A stretch of DNA of 64,000 nt from Podarcis filfolensis. Lineage: Eukaryota. The position numbers were made by a program, and so were the translations under genes. The notes beneath the pieces are model-generated. The model did not search any database and was not told where the DNA came from. It saw only the letters and a program-made list of their open reading frames with translations. Location of the stretch: the NCBI GenBank assembly GCA_964270895.1, contig OZ185440.1. One strand, given 5' to 3'. Positions 36,880 to 48,815 of this stretch are shown here, piece after piece; the first letter of the stretch is position 1, and every line of letters begins with the position of its first letter.

Positions 36880-37015
36880 TCTTATTATTTATTTGTATGC
36901 CACCCATGTGACTGTTCCAGCCGCTTTGGCGGCTTCCAACAGATATAAGAACACAATGAAACATAAAACATTAAAAACTTATAGAGGGCTGTCTTCAGAT
37001 GTCTTCTAAAAATTG
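36880..37015 (-). mobile_element. L2-type LINE 3' end
   Basis: TTTATTTGTATGCCACCC...GGCGGCTTCCAACA...GGGCTGTCTTCAGATGTCTTCTAAA resembles the reverse complement of the recalled squamate L2 3' terminus. Confidence 0.6.
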
Positions 37016-37374
37016 TATAACTACCAACTTACTTACATAACGTAAGCAAGAAGTCTCCATAGTTACAGTTAGGAGCCTGATTAGCACTCCAAGGCATACA
37101 GGATGGTCCCAATTTATTTAAATGGAAGATTCAGTTCTGAAGATGGAAAGCCCTTGTGGGTAGGAGGGTTCATATGCACAATCTAGCTCCAGCACTTACA
37201 AGGAAATGCTGGATCAGAGTGCATGTTGCAAAACATCTGCAAATGGAATAAGTTTCTCAAATGAACAGTATATTAGCTTTTATTTAAGAGTCCTATAAAG
37301 GCCATGTTCTATCACTACTTGGTGGAAATCCTAAGAGTGGAGAAGGGTGTTGTACTCAGGCTCTCTTTGCAAGT

Positions 37375-37455
37375 TTCTCATCTTATTGGCCTATGTGAAA
37401 ATAGGATGCTGGACTAGATGGGCCTTTGGTCTGATCCAGCATGGCATTCTTATAA
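37375..37455 (+). mobile_element. CR1 3'UTR end fragment
   Basis: GGATGCTGGACTAGATGGGCCTTTGGTCTGATCCAGCATGGCATTCTTAT, a typical squamate CR1 terminus. Confidence 0.7.
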
Positions 37456-37748
37456 AAAGAATTCTGCCAAGTGAAAGTTATCTTTGTCACCACCCTTCAG
37501 TGGCCTGGCACACTGTGATTTGGAGTAAAGAGGCGGAGAGGCACAATTTCACATATTGCTTTGACCCAGCCAGTCAAGCAACTGTCAGGTAACATGAAAA
37601 CAATAACAACAAGTCAGGCATTCATTAAAGATAACAATGATAAGCGAATTAAACCCAAGTACCTAGGCATTAAACTACCCAAAGTTTATAAGCAATGTAA
37701 TGCACACTACACAGACAATAAAAGCATAAAAACAACAGAAAGCTGGTA

Positions 37749-37944
37749 GCAGTTTGATGCAACACCAGAATAAAGTGATATCAAAATTATTATTTTTGAT
37801 GAAGATGTATGCAATAGAACAATTGCTAAAGGTAAAACCTACAAGGAGCTTCTTCACATTTCACCTTGAAGCTCATCAGTTTCATCTCTCATGTGATGGC
37901 CACTAAACAAATTACACAACATCAGACATTGGTTTGCCAATTAG
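37749..37944 (+). repeat. Dispersed direct repeat, copy A (196 bp)
   Basis: Aligns to 42668-42864 with 8 substitutions and one 1-bp indel (about 95%). Confidence 0.95.
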
Positions 37945-39729
37945 CAAGTTTCATATGAGTGCTGTGAAAAATTTGCATGTGTGAGTGATAACAATCCCAC
38001 AACAAATGCTTGTCTGTAAGCAACCATCTAAAAATTTACTAATCGGGTTTGACTGGGTAATCTCAGTTTGTTTATATTTCTTATTAACCAAGCATTGTAG
38101 ATGTATGCCTCCCTTAAAGGAATAAGCTACACCTTATAAAATACATTTTCACAGGATTAGCGCTTTTTTTTTTGGAACATTGCATTTATGGGTTGCCCCC
38201 AAATTTAGTTTCATCCTTAATGAGTTGAAAAATCTATTGTTAGCTATGATATCACATTGATCCCTCTGTACTCAACTTATATAGTCATTATATTTTGAAA
38301 ACGTATTTTGCAAATTATTCAGTATTTATAAATAGTACAGAGAAGAGACACAAACAATGTTGCAGCGTTAATACTTCCCCCTTTGTGAATACTAAAAATA
38401 AATCATGAAGGAATTTGTGAGCCATACTGTCTTTTGTTTAGTAATAGTTTCATCAATAACAACGGATACTAATTAACGGACAATGACTGGCTTGAGGGGG
38501 GAAAACATTTTTGAGTTTCAAGGGTACTGTTTTTTTATATAAGACTGATACATTTAATGAATCCAGTTCTGCTTGCCCAAGTACATTTCTAGAGTAATGT
38601 ATAATCTGCCCATAATTGTAAATAACAAACAGAAAACAAAAATATCATATGCCTCTTGGGTACCTTCTTCAAAAAGGAAACTGATGCTGTAAAAAAGAGT
38701 CTTGAACTTTCCATTGTTCAAGCGACAGCACAGAACAATATTTTTTATTTCTTTGAAAGCTTAGAAAAATTAATAAAGTTCTGCTCCTTAAATGTTAAGT
38801 TCCTTCTCCGAGGCAATTACCACAGCTAAAAACAGACCAACAAGAATCTTATGGCTAGCCTTAACTAAGCATGAGGGGCAGGCAAGTGACAAGCAAACTG
38901 TCAGTCAAATTTCTCCAAGTATCTTGTCAGCTTCCTCTGTTATAACCTACAGAATGAATAAAACCTGAATGCTTCATTATTAACAATTTTGGATTTGTGC
39001 CTGCAATATATCAACTGAAATTTGTTATACGAGTGCTATTTCTCTTTCTACTTCTGCCATTTCATTTCATTATTTTGAAAGCCTTGTGTGTTGCTGTCAA
39101 GTTGAGACTTAAATTCAATGGTAGCATGGCTTGAGCTAGGCATTTCTTTGCCTTAAATAATTAATCTGGGGTTTATACTCCATTTGTCATTTATAATTGC
39201 AAAATGGTTTGGTAACTGCTTACCCCTCGGCTTACAACCTTTTGAACCTTCTAACCATTTTTATGTTATAGAAATTCAGGAACACTATGGAACAGCCTTA
39301 CATAAGGCATGCATGTAAGTAATAACTACCACTATACTAATGCAACCAAATGCTGGCCTTGCTCTTTGAAATGGGATATAGAATCAGTGCCATAGAAGAG
39401 GCAGTAATGAGCATGCATATGTATGGATTCAGGGATCGCAAGACTTCATGGGAAGATGATCACGATTGCACAGGAGTGGGGATAGTTCACAGCACTGGCC
39501 ATCTACTCATTCTATGACAGCTGGCTTTTGCTGGAGGCAGAAAGCAACGTGGAAGTTGCTGAAAGTAAGTTTCTCTCATACTTATGTTTGTAGAAGAAAT
39601 AACATACTGTTGAACGGTGAGATGTTGGCAGCAGTAGTGATGACAAAGCGTGAAAATAACAAGAAAACAGTGCCCAACCTGGTGATAATCTAATAAATCA
39701 TGCCCAAGAAAAGAGAAGAGGCAGTAAGG

Positions 39730-40110
39730 GAACACCTAGTTACTTTAAATGAATTCAAATCTCCGGGGTCTGATTAAATACATCTGAGGATACTAAAGGA
39801 ACTTGCAGATGTAATATCAGAGCCTCTGTCTATAATCTTTGAGAATTCTTTGAGAATAGGTGAGGTCCCTGGGGACGGGAGGCAGGCAAATGTGGTCCCC
39901 AACTTTAAAAAGGGGGAAACCCAGGCAACTACCAACTAGTCAGCTTGACACTGATGCAAGGAAAGGTGTACACTCAAAAAAGGATGCTGTGATTACTAAG
40001 AACTAGCACATCTTTCTCAAAAACAAGTCATACCAGCCTAATCTTATTTCCATTTTTGAAAGAGTTTCAAGCTCAGTGGATCAGGGAGATGTAATGTATC
40101 TTGATTTCAA
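39730..40110 (+). mobile_element. CR1 LINE ORF2 fragment (pre-RT / RT start)
   Basis: Translates as NEFKSPGSD*IHLRILKELADVISEPLSIIFENSLRIGEVPGDGRQANVVPNFKKG...NYQLVSLT. Confidence 0.9.
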
Positions 40111-40214
40111 CCCAAGAAGAATAATCCCACATCAGGTAGAGAAGGATATTAGGAGGCAAAGAGTTTGTTAAAAATTGACATTAACACACAAGCACACACA
40201 CAGCCAGGAGGTAC

Positions 40215-42020
40215 TCAGAAAGTTTGCTTATCTGTAACTGTAGCTCTTCAATTAGTGATCTGTGCAGAGACATATAGGTTTTGTGACTGTGCAGACTTGT
40301 TTTTCAGATTTCTTGAACTTGGTTAGTGTATTGGCAGGCTGCTTATCCCAGTGTGTGCACACTCAAAAGGGCATGGCCCCCACTTTCCTGCTCAATTCCT
40401 AATGGATTGCGCGCAGCGGCTATACAAAAAAAGTGAGCAAGAGCAGGCTATATGAATAGCAAACTAACATACCAAAGGCTGGGGAGCTGCCTAGAAAGCT
40501 CTGGGTTCAGCACAGCCCTTCCAGAAGAGCATCCATTCTGGATCAAACATCAAGTCTGTAGTACCAGATGAACATAGAAAGCTGATGTAGTAACCCTTTG
40601 AGCTGAAGCAATAGTAACCAGGAAAGGCAGCTTAAATATGAAGTGCCATAATCAAAAGTAGTAAGAAGCTCAAAGCAAATGGGTTAGCCCTGAGTTGAAG
40701 CAAAATAACTGAAAAACAGAATTTGGACTGCAAGCTGTTCAGTACTATGGTCAGCCATAGCTGAAAACATAAGAATATTCTTTCTCTTCCATGCGAAAGA
40801 TAAGAATGTATGTTGATGGAAAGTGCTCTGATGAATTCAGGCCAGTGCATTAATACCAAACAGGATTTCCCCACATTTACACAGAGTTCCAAGATGTCAA
40901 GAAGACTCAGCATTGTGGCAAGATAGTTGGCCAATTGGTCTAAAGTTGGAGTGGTCAAGCTTGCTCATCTTCCATGTAACAGCCCTTCAAATATTTTAAG
41001 ATGGCTATCATATCTCTCAGAATTCTCTTATCCATGGGCTAAACATACCCAGCTCCCTCAACTGCTCCTCAGAAGGCTTGGTTTCCAGACCCTTCACCCT
41101 CCTCTGCACACGTTTCAGGGGATGCAATGGATCAATGAATGCAAGGAAGGAATGTCAAATGAATGTACCTACCTCTTGAAATTTCAGACAGAGATTCCCC
41201 ATCTCCCCTAAAAACATTTAGTACAATCTTTGATGTCTGGGTACTTGTTCCACTGCTGCCATTTAGATGAGTATCAATACCTCTAAAGGAGGAGAGGTGG
41301 GGATAAAGTGAAAGACTCTGTCTTGAGGAAGAAAGTCAAACACTAGGGTAAGCAGCCACTGGTCAGTAATGAGGGAAGACCAAACAACCAAAAAAACACC
41401 CTTAGCTACTTGCTAAACACTGGCAAAATGATGAAGAGAAAAATGATGAAGAGAAAGTCAAAGCTGATATCTGGAAGAGTCTGATGTTTTATGTCACTTG
41501 AATGACTTCCCAACTGAGAAGCTTTTCAAAGTACAAAGAGGTCTGCTGGGAAGCCTCTGTAGCTAGGGAGGTAGGATGACTGGAAGAGGTCCTGTGCCAA
41601 AGCAAACCTTGACCAAAGCAAAACTTGTATACTGTTGTGTTGTCAAATCCGTATCACAAGCTGTCTTGCAGAGTTTTTGTCCTCTATCCAAGGCATCAAC
41701 TGCCTTTTCCAAAAAAAGGCCTAAGCCATGGTAAGTTTTGAATCATAGTTCTAGCATCCTATGTCAGTCCAGAGAAGTGCACCTAAGCATGTCCATGGAT
41801 GCTTTTGTCAATGTTTCTGACATACAGTCAGGAGTGTGGATTTGCTGTTTGCTTCCTGTTACAAAACTGAGACGTGTTCACCTCCATTGTTTGGAAGATA
41901 ACCAGAAAAGGAGGATGCCTTGTCCAACAAAGAATGTTGATATTGAGATATGCACACCATGTAGCTGGCAATGCACAATGACAGTGCCACTATGGAACAC
42001 AATTTACTGTCTATGATAGC
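40215..42020 (-). mobile_element. Second DIRS1-type remnant (right terminus, YR end, RNase H remnant), interrupted by CR1
   Basis: Same terminal motif as 31041 at 40220-40278; minus strand gives YRLDV*SRMDA..GRAVL near 40505-40565 and a degenerate TDAS..GWGAH-like stretch near 41775-41810. Confidence 0.65.
40940..41120 (-). mobile_element. CR1 ORF2 C-terminal fragment
   Basis: CAGCCCTTCAAATATTTTAAGATGGCTATCAT...CCCAGCTCCCTCAAC is the reverse complement of the CR1 ELGMFSL...LRGDMIAIFKYLKG region. Confidence 0.8.
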
Positions 42021-42667
42021 CTGTCTCCTACCTCCATTATCTGTATGTGCAGTATGAGATGCAATATGTAAGTTTCACCAATGACCAAGTAAGATGAAGG
42101 ATGCTTGAAGAGGAATTCTCAATTCTTTTCTTAGACCTGATAAAGCAGAGCTGGGGAACCTTCTTCAGCCCTAGTTCTAGATGTCTAGTTCCTAGATTTT
42201 TTAAAAATGATGTATTTGGAAGTGCGGATCCCATATATGTGTGACTGCACAGATACTAAGAGAAACTTATAATTATAATAAATTTAAAAGGAGGTCACAG
42301 AGAAAGCAGATTGCTTCCCAAAATTCAATGATTGGAACACATTTCCCCCCCTGGAATATCACACATATGAAAGGGTGATCCATTGTTAGAAACTTACTGG
42401 TTTTCCAGAACACAATAATTACAACAGAATTCAATAAAAATACAACAGAGTCTGCAACAGAATGTTTTTGGAATCCTTATATATGCATTATATATTAATC
42501 TTGAACTATTTAAGTCAGTAGATCCTATGTACTCATAGTATAACATGGCACAAGCATCAAAGTATCCACATGGAAAAATAAACATATTACAAAGTTATAT
42601 AGGCATTCTTTAAATTAGTGAAAATAGTCTCACTTTAATGCTACACTACAAATGACATATTTGATTT

Positions 42668-42864
42668 GCAGTTTGATCCAACACCAGAATAAAGTGACAT
42701 CAAAATTATTATTTTTTGATGAAGATGTATGCAATAGAACAATTGCTAAAGGTAAAACCGACAAGGAGCTTCTTCACATTTCACCTTGAAGCTCATCGGT
42801 TTCATCTCCCATGTGATGGCCTCTAAACAAATTACACAATATCAGACATTGGCTTGCCAATTAG
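42668..42864 (+). repeat. Dispersed direct repeat, copy B (197 bp)
   Basis: About 95% identical to 37749-37944. Confidence 0.95.
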
Positions 42865-45087
42865 TTTATACTTGACAGGGGGAGGAATTCAATGTAGCAC
42901 TATGGCAATCATCCCTTCAGCTGAAGCTTTTCAACTTGCTGGATTGAACAATCTCCTCTTCTCCCCTGTGTGCTGTTCTGGGGTTCGCCTGGGCTCCCTC
43001 TCCAGCAAATTTCAATGAAAGGGTGTGCAATAGGGAGGAAGCCCCAGTGTGCTAGCAGGCACCCTTATACTTGTTTTTACTAGAGAGACTTGTTAGCTGA
43101 ATCCTGCCCAGGAAATTGCAGAGAATCTTGGCTCTCTGGTTTAGTGCACCTGAATGATGCAGATATTTTAAGCATCCATTTGCTGCGTTCACACTTTATC
43201 ATTTTAGTACGTACATTTAATTCTCAGGTATAACCATTCTCTGGAGAGGCACCTCAAATCACAATGGCCTATTTAGCCAGAGGAAAGGACTGTATATTCC
43301 AAGAATATATTGCAGTTAGTGTCTATCTGGGGGAAAATGTCATAAAACTGAAGTCCCTTCTTGAGAGCAGCCTCTTGCTACTTTCTCTCTGGTAATGGAC
43401 TGGAAGCATAGTTGAAGAAAATATGTCATATCCCATTTCTGATCTGCTTCCCAACATACAGAGGCAATTGTGCAGGGTTGCAGGGGGGTGGAAAAGGTCC
43501 CTTAGAAGACATCTGAAATGCTGTTCACATTTCAGTTTTGACTAGTACAATTTAGTTATTGTGCAGGTAGTTCAAACCTGATTTAGCTTGTCATTTCTAT
43601 TTGTGAATTTTTTTAACATGGGTCCATTTGTTACTGGGAATTCTTCAATTTTAAAAAATAAAAGTTGTTCATATCATTTGACATATAACCAGCTTACAGT
43701 TCTCTATGTTAATTACATGCACCCACTGCAATAGCTATATGAACTCCATTCCTGTCTTTAAATATAAAAACTGCTACACTTTATATTCACATACATATCT
43801 AACATTCTCAATATTGGAACTCACACTTCAAATGGTGCCAATGAAAGTGTACACCTATCAGTAAAAAACCCAAAAACATACAAGTGAACACATCTACAAC
43901 TAATGAATCATATCTCTGTTGCAATACTATATATAAATTTCTAAAAAAACATTATGACTAATACAAACTAAAAAATAGAGCCTATTTAAAATTTTATAAA
44001 CACAGTGCAGTTTCTGTACAGAAGATCATCCAAACATAAGAACATAAATCAACAACGTACTTAAATCATTAGTTACTTTAGAGATATAGGAAAACATCTA
44101 AAAGTCACTCCTGTGTTGGAAAACAACAACATCAAAAGGACTTATCCCTCTGTCTCTGCACAAATCAGAGCTATTTTAGACAGTCTAGAATAGTGTTGAG
44201 AATAAACTTGAGTGACTTTGGCTTCTTCTCTCCATCTTCCATGCCTTACTGAAAGGAGATGCATATATTTCCTGAGGGAGATGTACCTTCTCCTGATTCA
44301 GAGGCACAATGCATTTCCCCACCAGCCCTATGGCAAACAGGATATGCATTTATGTTTCCTTCAAAGAAGACTGGAAACATTTGATTAAACAGCACAAATC
44401 ACTCATGCTTCTTCCCCGGAATGTCTGAAGTGTCCTTTCAGACACATGCCTGTGCCTGACTTGGAAGTAAGCATTAGCAGAAGACCTTCTGATATTCTGT
44501 CATTAATGATTGTTATTAATTGGCTATGAGGAAAAAAAGTATTTTCAGAAGCAATTTTAAGTGACAGGACTAAAGGCTTTAATAGAAACTTAACATCTTA
44601 CCTATAGTTTTCCTACATTTAAACTAACACAACTTTAAATTTGTTGGTTCTGTTAATGATTATACTACTATTATTTCAGTGGCTGCATTGGCTACATTAC
44701 AAATTGGTAATATTGATCTTCAAAATGTATGGCTGTGAATTGATAAAATTCCTGGGAATTGGCCCAGTGTATGTCTAAGCAAAATTTCAAGCATGGGCAG
44801 ATTCTCTTCTCATGGCCATGCAAAGAAAATGTGAATATTCTAAAACACAGCAAACATTTGCATAAAGGTCAATATAGTAAAAGGCAGCCTTCATCAGCAT
44901 GTAGTATCCCCAAACTGTTTTGGTTTCATAGTATAGTGTGGGAGAACTACCTCAACACAGTCTATTCGTGCTGATGCTCCTGATGCTGCCATTTCAGGTG
45001 CTCGAAAAGCTGCTGCCTTCACATCCTCTGCTGTTGGTGCCATTGTACTCTCCCAGGCGATGGGGCAAGGGGCACACTCTGGATCTT

Positions 45088-45180
45088 CAAATGCTAAGAT
45101 GAGAAAAATCAATTTCAATGCCCAAAAGATGGAACTGCTGGAGTAGAAGAGGTGTCTAAAACTACCAAATGGCTTATGGC
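45088..45180 (+). pseudogene. Probable PIF/Harbinger Myb/SANT-like protein remnant (frameshifted)
   Basis: NAKMRKINFNAQKMELL, then after a frameshift VEEVSK, resembling the recalled Myb_DNA-bind_5 / NAIF1 N-terminus ([20 protein letters not shown]). Confidence 0.5.
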
Positions 45181-48100
45181 ACTTAAGAGAGCACTAACTT
45201 ATAACATTAGGAAATAATTTGAAATTAAATTTTCTGCACTTCTTACTTAATCAACTTAAAATTAATTTGGAGAGTGATGAAAATATATTTTGGTGTCTCC
45301 TGCTTGATTAAAGCCATTTAGGCCCAAGTTCAAGGGCAAAGAAAGGAGAAAAATAGTATTCATTGCAGGGAAATGTTTTCTGAATACCTCAACTTAGTGA
45401 AAATATTCTTCCAAATATTGTATAATATCATTCAGTCATGAAGGAAAGTAACCTAGAGCACTAAAGTAAAATCTTAGTTTTTAGCCCAGACCCTTATATA
45501 TAATGTTTGATTTTGTGAATACACCACTATGTGATTAACATGTGGCTAATCTTCCTTATGAATGAACCCTTACATGGTGAAATCTATTATCTAAACTGAA
45601 AGGGATGCCCAAGGAAAACTTAAATTCTTCCTAATGCTTTAAATATCAGATTTCAGCATAAAGAAATATTAAGCAAATAAGTTCTAAATACAAACATTAC
45701 AAGAACAGGGATTCTACTATTAGACAAGTCTAATGTGTGAAAACATGTTAGGCATATTTTCCTCCGCTTGTCCCATCGCCTACAGGAAGTGTCTACATTT
45801 TATTTGAGACCCTTATCTTTTTCACTTGCCCACAATGAGTATCAATAGCATCGTAAACAGGTGAATATTCACTTGCATATTCTCATAGCCATACCATTTC
45901 ATTCTGTCTATAACAGCACTATCCTATACAAGTCTACTTGGAAAGACCATTGAGTTGGTATAGAGTTGACGTCCTCCTTAATTTTCACCCTTTTTTCTGA
46001 ACTCATGCTCTATCTTTATTAACGCATGTTTAGTTTTAAATAAAACTCATACAGGAAGCTATTTTGTATAACACATGTGAAACTCATTCTGTTTTGTTTT
46101 TGTTTTTTAAAAAATTACACAACATTGTCAAAAACACCTAACCAGTGATCATGATTTGAGCCTGCGTTTGGGGTAGCTGACCTGACAGAAGTCACACATA
46201 TACTTGTTACATCCAAACAGATTTACAGTACTGTGCTGTACATAGGGCTGCCATTGCCCTCAAAGACTATTCAAAAACAGGATTCTGCCGCTAAAGCTCC
46301 TGACACTTGCTAAATGTCAGGATTAGGTCACCCACTTGCAGTACCACCTGCGCAGGCCATCAGCCCATTTCTGAACAGAATTAAAAATGCTGGTTCCCTT
46401 TAAAAGCCCTAAGTGTATTGGACCAAATTATCCAAATAACTACTCTTCCCTATGGATGTCTGTTCACTCTCTGAAATAATATCTGTTCTTACAAATGGAA
46501 AAACCTAAATATAAAAAGATTAAATGACTGTAGCCAGGAAGTATGAATTTCAGGAGCAGAAACCAAGAATCCAGAATGAATGTCCTTCTCTATTAACATA
46601 ATATTGTCATAATGGTGCATAAAGTAGAAGCTGAGAGAACATGCTACGGAAATAGAGACAAGGTGGTTTTCTTCATAATTGACTAAAGACAAAGCTAATA
46701 TGACCTTTAAATTATTCTGAGAAAATGTCAAACACTGCAGTATAAAATTGCAATTACATAATTTCTGTAATATTATCCAAGTGATTCATCTATGCAAGTG
46801 CTAAAACCTTCATGATTCCTTGAAGGGAACCTTGCCATCTGCATTGTCAAAGGTTTTACACTTCTTGCTTGTGGTTCTTTTTCTTTGTTTTTGTAGTTAG
46901 GTGCCCTTCTCATTCAAATTTCACTTTCTCCTTCCTACGCCAGGAAGAACTGCACTATCTTGGTGAAAAGCTGTCAGGAAATCCATTTCAGCAATGGGTG
47001 GGGCTGGACCAATAAGTGGTTGGCATAGCAGATGTGACTCTTACTTTTGCAGGCTAGATCAACTGTGGGGGGTTACCGCACTGCCAGTAGGGAAAAGAAA
47101 AATGTTTTCTTTCTGTACCATTTCAGCACATCCCTCCCACTACTGCCACCACACACACCCCACAGTTATTCTCACCTATCTTTCACTTTAACACACGCAC
47201 CCCAAGAAACAAACAATATTCACCTTTCCATTGGTCATTTAAATCTGCTCATGGAAATAGGCAGAACGGAACACAACACGGTCACTTCTTCAGATTGCCA
47301 ACATTTGGATCCTTACCATTCAGATTATCTGCTTTAGACATGCAGTGCTTCTTCTTTATAGCATCAGCAGAAAGGTGAGCAGAACACCTCCAAAGTGTTG
47401 CCAAATATCACAGAAATACTGCAAGGGGCACTTTGTTATGCTTTGGCTGCTGTTATAATGAGAGTCGTATATAGAGGGCTTGAAGAAGGTCAGGTGGTGC
47501 CTAAATGAAGGTGTGTGAATGCCAGGGAACGTACAGAGACCCTGGTAGCCTGTAGGTTCACCATCCCTTTCCTAAGCGTTAAATTAGTGGCCCTACATTG
47601 AATTAATCATCAAAATCTCTTTTAGTGATGTCCAGTTTCTTGCAAACTCATTTTTAGTCAGTTTAATGGGCACAAAGATAGTCAGTTCTCATTAATTTTT
47701 TAAGAAACTGGCTTTAATCTTGCTAAAATTACTGTATTTAAAAATAATCCTAAATTCAAATAATCTGGCAAAAGTGGTATGTGCATTTGGCTACAGCACT
47801 CAGAGTTGCTACCTTTTTATTGTGACACTAGCAGCTATAAATAATATCCAACAAAATAGATTTGCTATCGGCAAGTATTTCTGCTTGTGCAACAAACTTC
47901 CTCTCCCTCTCCTCTCTCTGAGCACTCTGACGTCCTCTTGAAATCCGCTCCAGATTTTGGAAGACATAGGGGTGCACAAGGAGAGGGAGAGAAGTTCTTT
48001 TGCATAGCCAAAAGTCCTTGCAGTTATGGATCTATTTACGTGGATAGCACCCAACAATCATAATAAATGATCAACAGGTAAACCTTTCCCCAACACACAT

Positions 48101-48689
48101 TTAACTAGCAAGCAAGTTATGCCACTGGTTCCACATCCATACGACATAAGATCAATTACAATATATCATCAATTTCAGGAGTTTTTAATTCTTTTTGTTC
48201 ACACTGCTTATTAATATATTGGCAACAACATATTGATGGTAAAATGCCAGAGTACAAAATCTTCTGCAAGAGTATTAAATCCCAATACTGATTTTTATTT
48301 CAACAGGAAATATCAAGGTCATCATTCTGGACAGAAATATTTGCAGTTTCCACTGTGCAAGATCATGTAGAATAAAGAAGTTATACTAAATGAGAAATAG
48401 AATTCATAATTGTACTTCTCTGCTTTTTAAAAGTTCAACTGTGCATGAAATTACTCAAATCTGTCAAGCGGTAGAAAACTACTTGCTGAGCTGCAGCTAG
48501 ATACACTAATAAACGATTTGTTATTTAATTTCTCTGATCTTAAAATATATGGCATTACTTTTCATTTTCTATCTATTGCCAATCGATTAGAATTATGTCA
48601 TGGTAAACAATTCTCAATAAACTACATTTGGCCTTTGGCTAATTAACAACTGATACCCTTTTAAATGTGTTGTGGGAGGGGATGGGGGG

Positions 48690-48815
48690 GTTATTGGTTT
48701 GTATTTGTTCTTATTTTTAGTATGTATTTTGCAGTTTTTATCTTGTATTTTTAAGTTGTCATCTGCCCTGAGATCTACAGATGAAGGGTGGTATACAAAT
48801 TTTAATAATAACAAC
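48690..48815 (+). mobile_element. L2-type LINE 3' tail
   Basis: TGCCCTGAGATCTACAGATGAAGGGTGGTATACAAATTTTAATAATAACAAC. Confidence 0.6.

Noticed and set aside
41425-41454. 15-bp tandem duplication AAAATGATGAAGAGA x2
   Set aside because: It is an ordinary slippage-type micro-duplication with no sign of function.
37749-42864. Direct repeats as the LTRs of a 5-kb LTR retrotransposon
   Set aside because: No TG...CA termini, TSD, primer-binding site or polypurine tract, and the interior is CR1 and DIRS debris rather than gag-pol.
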